64,000 nucleotides of DNA from a virus, in IMG/VR virus record IMGVR_UViG_3300027747_004417. The stretch is one strand, 5' to 3'. The position numbers and the translations under genes are program-made. Under the pieces are notes generated by a model. It was not told where the DNA came from. It made no database searches and saw only the letters and a program-made list of their open reading frames with translations. Of this stretch, positions 44,001 through 51,209 are shown piece by piece; the first letter of the stretch is position 1, and every line of letters starts with the position of its first letter.

Positions 44001-44471
44001 TTCAAACACAAGCTGTATGTCATCTAAAGAATATCCTGATCCTCCATGCACTACATCTAAGCTGGCAATAGAATTATTTTGTACGATTGCTGTTATTTTT
44101 GCTCCGCTGCCTTTTGAGCTGACAATTTTAACGGAAGGGTAGAAATACCCAGACCCACCATCAATTATTGGTATGCTGATTATTGTGCCATCCTGGTTTA
44201 TTTCTACTCTTCCTATAGAAAGACCAGACCCTAAAGGATCTGTTTTCTCTACATCGTCATAATAAAAAAGTTCTCCATTTATACTTGCAAACCCATTATC
44301 AGCCCATATCTCTGGTCTTTCATCATTTACGGGTTCTATTGATATTTCATTTGCCCAAGCTAGATTGTCTTCCGTTGTGACAGTCTCAGATGTGTTGTAG
44401 ACTAGGAACAGAGTTTCATCGCTGTCATACTTTTTTGGATACGCAGGTTTTGGGGGAAAAAAATTTACCAC
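41031..44471 (-). CDS. Large appendage/fibre protein with PKD domain and mucin-like Pro/Thr repeat
   Basis: Shared AEHHN N-terminal domain, GGSGY repeats, a PKD motif (LDFGDG...HVY), EFGPVP repeats and about 43 DPLTFP units. Confidence 0.7.
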   Translation of the reverse strand: MVNFFPPKPAYPKKYDSDETLFLVYNTSETVTTEDNLAWANEISIEPVNDERPEIWADNGFASINGELFYYDDVEKTDPLGSGLSIGRVEINQDGTIISIPIIDGGSGYFYPSVKIVSSKGSGAKITAIVQNNSIASLDVVHGGSGYSLDDIQLVFEGKVRKFKRCCRNLGGKKTKDNPVGTEIRGFVIAEHHNQIADAIINAEKFIGVNFDEDKETLDWRIRHLESIPVLFDDYTCPDVVFDFYIVSSDALGTTAQYSISIQGSFTSYRLDFGDGQSTANSTAGTHVYATNSTIDPVLTLSNDKCQLVLTPVSRDSPKDPAPSSTNTTFELSIPQIPKIPALAIPTIPTVEPPVIPPIVFPCLDIGPIGPIEIPSIIVVDPPIPTIIEFGPVPSFGTLVEFGPVPTINSYVEFGPIPLINPLIEFGPVPNVYVDVQICFPTMVEFGPIPNIPSITFGPIPNIHVDSLTFPTHITVDPLTFPTNITIDPLNITIDPLTFPTHITIDPLTFPTHITIDPLTFPTHITIDPLTFPTHISIDPLTFPTNITVDPLTFPTNITVDPLTFPTNITVDPLTFPTNITVDPLTFPTNITVDPLTFPTHITVDPLTFPNIKVDPLTFPNIKVDPLTFPNIKVDPLTFPNIKVDPLTFPNIKVDPLTFPNIKVDPLTFPIHISVDPLTFPTHISVDPLTFPTHITVDPLTFPTHISVDPLTFPTHISVDPLTFPTHITVDPLTFPTRINVDPLTFPTHITVDPLTFPTRINVDPLTFPIHISVDPLTFPTHISVDPLTFPTHISVDPLTFPIHISVDPLTFPTHISVDPLTFPTHISVDPLTFPTHISVDPLTFPTHITVDPLTFPTHITVDPLTFSTRINVDPLTFPTHINVDPLTFPTRINVDPLTFPTHITVDPLTFPTRITIDPISVSFGTPPGIPVIWGNPPQCECTVTIVCPPGGSPFRALENVEDSGPDAIEVNVGEFNIPSQILVKFPEVPDIRVVHDVPAMIKVVAPEIPDINIISPKDFPSEIRMVADIPSVISVDFIATNLPSSIEVDFKNLPSSIPIIAPESFPDIKIDATSIPDRIQVVGIPSTIELVGAPSEIKLVLPEKPEIELVYKGAPIDVKINLDIGRITGENGDAQCVAIVPCPGK
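41716..43079 (-). repeat. Coding tandem repeat, ~43 units of 33 bp (30 bp in six units)
   Basis: (V/I)DPLTFP(THIT/TNIT/THIS/TRIN/IHIS/NIK), arranged in blocks of like variants. Units counted by hand. Confidence 0.95.
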
Positions 44472-44484
44472 AATCTAGTCTTTC

Positions 44485-46803
44485 TTAAAAAATGTACATT
44501 TGCCATTGTGTGGCGTTTGCTCTATCTGGACCATTAACTATAGACTTGAACGTCATGTCCGCCTCATTGAACTTTATAAAACATTTATTGCTGTAGTCAT
44601 AACTTAAAAACACCAACTTATCTCCATCGGAAGCTGATATCAAAGTATTTGCTGGGTCGTCAAACCCTATTTTACTTGTATCTTGAAGACTCCTAAACAG
44701 AGATGAGGTTGTCCCTGGACCTCCTGAGACCCATGATCCTGTGTTTGGGCTATAAGCTACCACCGATCCACTGTTATTAAAGAAATAAACTCCTTGACTT
44801 AATGAAACCAAAGATCCCTCAACCTTAGACCCAGGCATGTCTGAAACTTTTCTTATGTCTACAAATGGCTCTGATGTATTTCCACTCGTCTTGTAGAATG
44901 AACTTATCCTATAAAATAAGCCACCCTCATTTCTTAAAAGGTATCCTGAATCTTCATACCAAGTTGATCTATAAACACTAAAATAACCCTTACTTAGATT
45001 GCTATAATCGAAATCTAGTGTGTTTGTAGTAAGTTCGTTGGCACCATTTTTATAGTTTGAGCTTTGCATTGTTGAATCACTTGAACTAAAATCTAATATG
45101 TCATATTTAGTCTTTTGTTGTGATGTTGCTGCGTTGCCATCTGAAACTGCGCCGAACAGGAAATAAATACTTTGGTTGTAACCGAAACTAGCCCAGTTCC
45201 AAGGCCTATTTATGTGTCCTTTTGATGTGTAGGTGTCTTCAAACCCATTGAACTCTGAGAACATAATTTTTTCGTTGCTAATCGGATCCGACAGATCTCT
45301 ACCGCTAGCCCAATAAACCAGAGCTGTGCCGCCACCACCTGATGGTGTCGTTGTTCTTTTAATTGCTCCGTTATTCTTTAAAAATTCATTCTTTGACTTG
45401 GATTCCATCGATGAAGAATCTAGAAAGCTTGAGTTTGCATCAGATGTTAAATTGCTTCCTTTGACTTTAAAAGTTTCACTTATTATTCCAAATTCATAAG
45501 AATAAGATGTTGGCCCATTTGTGTACCAAAGCCAAAGATTGTAGTTTTCAATAATGTCAAAAGCATTTTTATAATTCGTTATTCTGTAAGCATTGAACTC
45601 TGTGTCTGTTCTTAGTATTAAGTCAAAATATCCACCGCTCCCAAACAAAGCCTTCGTGCTTTTAGAGTTGTTATGAATCAAGTCATCAGAAAAAGACCAA
45701 GTATAAGTGTCTACGGCGTCTATGCGTTTATTTGATCCGTCAACTACTTCTCCTGAGTAGGTTCTGTAAGACCCATCTTCGCTGGTATAAGAGCCAGGCA
45801 CGACTCTTATATTTTCATCGTGTATTCTTACATCTATCAAGGTGTTTATTGGTGCTCTTATTTTGGGGGTGGCATTTGTATATGGTTTATCATCCCCTCC
45901 TGGGAGTGGATCGCCTGGGGTTAAAGATTGTCCACTTCTTTCTACTATCTCCACAGTTGCTTCATCCGGAGCAGGAAACCGGACATTTATAAGCTTAGGA
46001 AATACAACTACGTCGCTAAGCTGGTAAGAACCAAAATCATTTAGCACTGTTAGAGAAACATCGTATATTCCTGGGGAGCTATATGTCTTCTGTACTTTGC
46101 AAAGCCCCGATGAAGGGCATACAACTTCTGCCAATATGTTGGATATATTGGAAGGAACTACCGAATCGTTTACTGTTATCAAACTTATGTTGGTTATCTC
46201 TGTGTTGTCTCCAAAGTTCCAAATGTGTTTAACGGAACTAGCAACACCGTCTGTACCTAAGAAAAAGCTTTGATCGGTGAACTCCACAGTGAGAGGAGCT
46301 AACCCTACAACCTTATCCACTTTAAACCAGGCCTTTGGAGCCAAGACTAACCTTCTTAGATAGTTTATCCTTTCTTCCATTGTTCCTCTTAGAGGATATT
46401 TTCCCACTTCGCCTTTTCTCCCAGCAAATCTTTCTACTTCTATTAAGGCATCTTTTAAATTGTTGTGGTGCAATGAAACAACGTTTTGCGTTACGTTCGT
46501 TGCTCTTTTAGGTTTAGGATTGTCTATGAAACCTGGAAGAAGTTCGAGTCCATCAAATGATGTTAATGTTCTAGAAGAATAGTAAAATGACAAAGCTCTT
46601 AACTCTGGCTCGCTGCATTGCTCTGTTAATGTTATTATTCCTGTTGAATCAAATGTTCTAATAACATTTTCATCTCCCACAATTGATATATAAGTGTCAC
46701 CGGGGTTATAATCTTCCGCTAGAGATACACGCAAGCTATCTGATACATGAAACAGATTCTGATCTGTGTCTATTGACTGTGGGTAGTTTACTTTTGGTAT
46801 CAT
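44485..46803 (-). CDS. PKD-domain virion appendage protein
   Basis: YPQSID...HHNNLKDALIEVERFAG N-terminal domain, PKD motifs (PLTVEFTDQS, WNFGD, YSSPGIYDVSL) and a propeller-like C-terminus. Confidence 0.7.
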   Translation of the reverse strand: MIPKVNYPQSIDTDQNLFHVSDSLRVSLAEDYNPGDTYISIVGDENVIRTFDSTGIITLTEQCSEPELRALSFYYSSRTLTSFDGLELLPGFIDNPKPKRATNVTQNVVSLHHNNLKDALIEVERFAGRKGEVGKYPLRGTMEERINYLRRLVLAPKAWFKVDKVVGLAPLTVEFTDQSFFLGTDGVASSVKHIWNFGDNTEITNISLITVNDSVVPSNISNILAEVVCPSSGLCKVQKTYSSPGIYDVSLTVLNDFGSYQLSDVVVFPKLINVRFPAPDEATVEIVERSGQSLTPGDPLPGGDDKPYTNATPKIRAPINTLIDVRIHDENIRVVPGSYTSEDGSYRTYSGEVVDGSNKRIDAVDTYTWSFSDDLIHNNSKSTKALFGSGGYFDLILRTDTEFNAYRITNYKNAFDIIENYNLWLWYTNGPTSYSYEFGIISETFKVKGSNLTSDANSSFLDSSSMESKSKNEFLKNNGAIKRTTTPSGGGGTALVYWASGRDLSDPISNEKIMFSEFNGFEDTYTSKGHINRPWNWASFGYNQSIYFLFGAVSDGNAATSQQKTKYDILDFSSSDSTMQSSNYKNGANELTTNTLDFDYSNLSKGYFSVYRSTWYEDSGYLLRNEGGLFYRISSFYKTSGNTSEPFVDIRKVSDMPGSKVEGSLVSLSQGVYFFNNSGSVVAYSPNTGSWVSGGPGTTSSLFRSLQDTSKIGFDDPANTLISASDGDKLVFLSYDYSNKCFIKFNEADMTFKSIVNGPDRANATQWQMYIF

Positions 46804-47882
46804 GAAATTTTAATTCCTAGTCCTTTAACATTATTTGGATTTATAAATGCTTTTTTTAGAGTCTGATTACTCAGAAGCACCAGCAGAGAAGGATTGTATT
46901 CTCCCTTGTTTTTGTAAACTATTCTTATCGTGTGTTCGTTTGGATCTTCTTTAAATATTGTTTGTGTGGTTTCTGTTGTTCCATATTCTCTTGCGTCCCC
47001 ATCTAATATCCACCATCTTTTGATTATGTCCCCGTCTGTTTGATCAACAAACTCAAAAACTGTTCCTTGGCTTACTTCCGGGTTTGACTCCACCCAACCA
47101 GCCGCCTCATCAGAAGTTCCATATAAGGGAGAAACGTAAAAGAACGCCTGCTTTTCTTCTTTATCCACTGTTATGTAGTTGGACTTTGTGCAATACCCTT
47201 GTGCTCCTAAAGATGTTATAACGTTTAGCTGAACCGTGAATATGCCTTCGGTCGTATAAACGTGCGTAGGAGACCTTTCTATAGATGTTGATCCATCTCC
47301 AAAGTCCCAAAGAGATCTAACAATAGGTCCCGTGCTAAAATTTTGAAATCTTACTGTTAATGGAGGAGAACCTCTGACTATTGATGCTCTAAAAAGAGCT
47401 TTAGGTGAAAGAAACCTTGCTTCCTGCCTTTTTAGTATTTCATTTAAGGATCCACTCGATGGCGTCAAAACGGTCCCCAGATTTTTTTCTATATTTATAA
47501 GAGCATCCTTTACGGCGTTGTGATGTTCTGCAAACACAGCATTGCTGACGCTACTCCCCATCGGCCATACATTTTGTCTAGACCCTGCAAACCCTCTTAT
47601 TAAATCTTTGAAAACTCCTGAAGATTTATTCCCATAATAGACCATTTCTGCACTACCTGGTTTCCCTGGTGGCGGCCCTACCCTAAGTATGCCTGTATCT
47701 GGGAAGCCACTATTGTCTTCAACTATCACATACTTTCCGTTGTAACTTAGACTCTGTTTAAGAGTAGTCACAGAATTGTTAGATGCTACATAGAGCTGTT
47801 CTTTATCATCGAGCACCACAGGATAAAGAGACAGTTGTCCTGACTCATATCCTAGATCTTGTGACGATACTTTACTTGCCAT
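46800..47882 (-). CDS. PKD-domain virion appendage protein
   Basis: YPVVLD...AEHHNAVKDALINIEKNLG N-terminal domain and two PKD repeats (PLTVRFQNFS...WDFGDG...HVY..G.FTV.L). Confidence 0.75.
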   Translation of the reverse strand: MASKVSSQDLGYESGQLSLYPVVLDDKEQLYVASNNSVTTLKQSLSYNGKYVIVEDNSGFPDTGILRVGPPPGKPGSAEMVYYGNKSSGVFKDLIRGFAGSRQNVWPMGSSVSNAVFAEHHNAVKDALINIEKNLGTVLTPSSGSLNEILKRQEARFLSPKALFRASIVRGSPPLTVRFQNFSTGPIVRSLWDFGDGSTSIERSPTHVYTTEGIFTVQLNVITSLGAQGYCTKSNYITVDKEEKQAFFYVSPLYGTSDEAAGWVESNPEVSQGTVFEFVDQTDGDIIKRWWILDGDAREYGTTETTQTIFKEDPNEHTIRIVYKNKGEYNPSLLVLLSNQTLKKAFINPNNVKGLGIKIS

Positions 47883-48600
47883 TTATTTTTCCTTTATTTT
47901 CTTCAATTTTCTTCACTAATTGCTCATGCCTCAGAGTTAATGTATTTAATACTTGCTTTTTTATGTTCATATCATCGGGCAGTGCAACAATAGTCTCTAC
48001 AAGTTCACTCTCTAGCTGTCCGCCTAACAGCATCTTAAGATTTAATTTTTGGGTAAGTTTCTCGGACCAGTATTCTTTCTGTGCGTTAGTATCGTCTAAG
48101 CTTTTTAAGGGTTCGACCTTTTCTAAGCTTTTAAGCATTTCCAAAAAGAACTCTAATTCCTCTTCTATATACTTTTTTCTGCTTAAAAGTTGGGCAATAT
48201 TGGATATTGTTGAGTTTTTCTTCCTTTTTATTTTTTTGATTTTTATTCTGTTTTCTTTATCTTTTAGCTCCTTCATTTCTTCATTATTGCCTTCAAAACT
48301 GGCTAATTTTAGCATTTCTTCTTCTAGTCCTAATAATTCAAGGGTATCGTTTTGCTCTTCAACTTCTAAGCTCAATGATTCTAGGGATTCTTTCCTAGCC
48401 TTGATTTCCCTCAAACACTGCCACATTTTTGCCTGTGTTGTCGGTTCTTTGCCTATTACAAAATATCTTAGTTGGAAAAAGCTGTGCCTTTCCGGGACCG
48501 CACTCTCTATAGCTTTAGAAATTTCGTCTTTTTTAGAGTTTCCTATCATCACCTCTTCCTCACTCTCTATCCCCGACAACCCGATTTGATGGTTTGACAT
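47872..48600 (-). CDS. Coiled-coil hypothetical protein
   Basis: Leu/Glu/Lys-rich heptads, in the appendage operon. Confidence 0.55.
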   Translation of the reverse strand: MSNHQIGLSGIESEEEVMIGNSKKDEISKAIESAVPERHSFFQLRYFVIGKEPTTQAKMWQCLREIKARKESLESLSLEVEEQNDTLELLGLEEEMLKLASFEGNNEEMKELKDKENRIKIKKIKRKKNSTISNIAQLLSRKKYIEEELEFFLEMLKSLEKVEPLKSLDDTNAQKEYWSEKLTQKLNLKMLLGGQLESELVETIVALPDDMNIKKQVLNTLTLRHEQLVKKIEENKGKINGK

Positions 48601-48670
48601 TTATTCTCCTTTGTATTAAAGTACTCAATTAAATAGAGTTTCCTGCGGTTTATTATGGAGGAGAAATTAA

Positions 48671-49186
48671 ATGAACTATTTGAATGGTAAAAGAGCATAC
48701 TTATCTGGTGCGATAGAATTTGGGGAGAAAAGTCATAATTGGCGCATAGATCCAATAAACGTTATGACAGCCAGATTTGGTATAAACGTTTTTGACCCAT
48801 TTAGCGACCCAAAGCAGCAGTGGGTTGACCAGCTAGATATTGCAAGAAGCAATAAAGACTATTTAAAGATAAGAAAAATAGCAAGAAACTTTGTTAGGAA
48901 AGACCTTTGTATGGTTGATAGGAGCGACTTTTTGGTTGCTTACATGCCATATAAAGTTCCAACAACGGGAACCATACACGAAATAGTAGTTAGCAATGAA
49001 GCAAAAAAGCCGACTCTTATAGTTTGTCCACAAGGTAAAGAGAACGCTCCAATATGGCTTTGGGGCATTTTACCCGAGAATTATTTTTTTGGTTGTTGGG
49101 ATGACCTCTTCAACTACTTAGAAGAGGTCACACAAGGTAGGCATTCCCAAGATGATAGATGGGACTTTTGCTGCGGGCTGATTTAG
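48671..49186 (+). CDS. Nucleoside 2-deoxyribosyltransferase-like / nucleotide N-hydrolase
   Basis: AYLSGAI, VFDPF, DLCMVDRSDFLVA, GTIHEI and KKP motifs. Confidence 0.75.
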   Translation: MNYLNGKRAYLSGAIEFGEKSHNWRIDPINVMTARFGINVFDPFSDPKQQWVDQLDIARSNKDYLKIRKIARNFVRKDLCMVDRSDFLVAYMPYKVPTTGTIHEIVVSNEAKKPTLIVCPQGKENAPIWLWGILPENYFFGCWDDLFNYLEEVTQGRHSQDDRWDFCCGLI

Positions 49187-49719
49187 CATATTTTTACATT
49201 TGCTATAGCCTTAAATTTACAACCTTTGCTTATAGCTCTACAAGCCCATATTGTTTTTACGAAATCTAGTCCTCCGTCGTTATCTATGTTACCGATATCT
49301 TTAAAGGTACTAGTATTGACAAGTATTCCATTAAGCGTGCCGCCTACAAAATCTGTCTTTCCTTCGACTATTGGAAAAAGTATATCTTTCTCGCTTTCTA
49401 TAAAACCAAAATAACGTAGGTCTAATTTTGGAGGAACTGTGCTTCCTGCAAACACTATAAAGTTCCATTCCGCTTTAGCATTTTTCATTCCTATATTTAT
49501 AAGGGAAGAAAAAGTGTTCTTTCCTTTAAAAGTTGGACATATGTCTTTCATCTCTTTTATATCCCTAGCTTTTGCACTATCGTCTGTTGCACAGATATAA
49601 TCCGCCTCAGGATATTTTCTTTTAATAGAGTTGGCTGTCCCCTGTAAAAGCTTTACTGCTCTCTCGGAGCAAAGTATTACAAAGCCAAAGTTTAGCTTCT
49701 TGTATTGATACATTTTCAT
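49183..49719 (-). CDS. Degenerate GT2-like protein
   Basis: FVIL, ICATDD and SSLINIGMKNAKAEWNFIVFAG resemble the GT2 N-terminal half, but no DxD is present. Confidence 0.45.
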   Translation of the reverse strand: MKMYQYKKLNFGFVILCSERAVKLLQGTANSIKRKYPEADYICATDDSAKARDIKEMKDICPTFKGKNTFSSLINIGMKNAKAEWNFIVFAGSTVPPKLDLRYFGFIESEKDILFPIVEGKTDFVGGTLNGILVNTSTFKDIGNIDNDGGLDFVKTIWACRAISKGCKFKAIANVKIC

Positions 49720-50600
49720 GATTGGGCAACGTCAAAATCGACTCTAATCACATCATATTCTGTTATAGAGTTGAGCAGTGTAAATGTTCCGTTCATGTGA
49801 TTAGGTGTAAACATGTTTTTTTCTTGCTTAATCATGTTAGAGCTTGATGACCATGAAGAGTCTAATGGGTTTTTGGGGTAGAATATCTCATATTCACTAC
49901 TTAGCCTTATTCCGTTTAAGTAGACCCTTAAGCTGCCCTCTATGTATGCTGTGCTGCTTCCGCTAGCATCATACTCATTTGTTGCCTCATCTGTTAATTC
50001 TGGCTCTATATCGTAATAATGTCTATGTGCATACTGTAAGGAGGTATTTAAGATGGGCTTGATAGTATTTGGTCCTACACCTACTTCCCAGCTTATAAAA
50101 GAAGATGGCTGAAATTGTATCTTGCCTTGCTCAAACAGTATCACGTTCGAAGGGGTGCAAGCTTCATCAGTGCAAACCTCGATTGATACACTGGTTGCAT
50201 TTGACGGAATGCCTGCAAGCTTATCTCTTTCTGATTCTAGCATTCTCACAAAAGGAACTGGGTTTACAACTTCTGTGTAGCCCAATGTTGAGTTGTAGTA
50301 CTCTAGCTCAGATGACTCAACGTTTTTTGTTCCGTCCGAGTGTTCCGCTATGTTGTGAAGAGACTCGTCTATTGCTGTGCTTTTTAAGTTGCCATCTTCA
50401 TCTATAGATTGGTTTATTCTATTTGCTATGTTGCCCTGGGTCCCAGCAGCGTCATTGAGTATTTGCGAATGTTTGTCTACTGCATTGTTTATTACATTGT
50501 CTCGATCCGCCAGTGTTTTTAAAGGCAGATTGTCATAAGTCCAATGGTATGGCTGGTTGGCCTCATGCTGAGGTACCGGTAATTTTGTTAAATCTGGCAT
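49716..50600 (-). CDS. Putative virion structural protein
   Basis: In the baseplate/appendage operon, with a C-terminal GSLRVYLNGIRL...IRVDFD beta domain. Confidence 0.55.
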   Translation of the reverse strand: MPDLTKLPVPQHEANQPYHWTYDNLPLKTLADRDNVINNAVDKHSQILNDAAGTQGNIANRINQSIDEDGNLKSTAIDESLHNIAEHSDGTKNVESSELEYYNSTLGYTEVVNPVPFVRMLESERDKLAGIPSNATSVSIEVCTDEACTPSNVILFEQGKIQFQPSSFISWEVGVGPNTIKPILNTSLQYAHRHYYDIEPELTDEATNEYDASGSSTAYIEGSLRVYLNGIRLSSEYEIFYPKNPLDSSWSSSSNMIKQEKNMFTPNHMNGTFTLLNSITEYDVIRVDFDVAQS

Positions 50601-50601
50601 T

Positions 50602-50730
50602 TTATAAGTCTGGCTCCCATGGTTGGTCTTGGTCTCTCTCTTTATCTTTCTCTCTTGCTTCCGCTAGCATTCTGTTTATTCTTTCTATAGCTTCTCTATT
50701 ATTAATTTTTTCTAACCAATAATTTATCAT
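50602..50730 (-). CDS. 42-aa hypothetical protein (absent from the track)
   Basis: AGGAGG RBS. Translates as MINYWLEKINNREAIERINRMLAEAREKDKERDQDQPWEPDL, and its stop is next to the following ATG. Confidence 0.5.
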   Translation of the reverse strand: MINYWLEKINNREAIERINRMLAEAREKDKERDQDQPWEPDL

Positions 50731-50738
50731 CACCCTCC

Positions 50739-51209
50739 TTACACAAAACTTAAGCGCCAATTAAAGGTTATTTGCATTTCACTTGTCTTATTTAAATCAG
50801 GGAATGTTACCATGCTGTATAAATCTCCTGAAGACATTTGTAGGGCCATTTCGTTTAAGGCACTGCCATTAGCCTCATTGAATCTTAAAACGGATGTAAA
50901 CGTCACCTGGTTAGGCAGGTTAGAATCTACGTTTGAAAGTACAGGTTTTGAAACAACCTCAGTACCAAACAGTCCATTTCTACTTACATTAACGTTCTTT
51001 TTTGTTCCACTAGCTGTGCCGCCGTCCCCAAATATCATCCTAGATATGTAAAGGTTATATTCTCCTTCAAAAGACCTTGCCAAAGACTTTGCTAATGCTT
51101 GTCTTCCTTTCATAAGTACAGTGTTTTTAAAAGAAAAGTCTTCTTTTCTTCCGTCTATGTACTCTATGGTTCCATTAACATGACCTAAAGCTTTTATATC
51201 TTCATTCAT
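50739..51209 (-). CDS. Baseplate/fibre-attachment structural protein
   Basis: GRQALA, ISRMIFGDGG, EANG..LNEMAL and ITFNWRL pattern. Follows the wedge genes. Confidence 0.5.
   Translation of the reverse strand: MNEDIKALGHVNGTIEYIDGRKEDFSFKNTVLMKGRQALAKSLARSFEGEYNLYISRMIFGDGGTASGTKKNVNVSRNGLFGTEVVSKPVLSNVDSNLPNQVTFTSVLRFNEANGSALNEMALQMSSGDLYSMVTFPDLNKTSEMQITFNWRLSFV

Noticed and set aside
50513-50722. 69-aa plus-strand ORF
   Set aside because: A minus-strand 42-aa ORF with a strong AGGAGG RBS fits the operon better.
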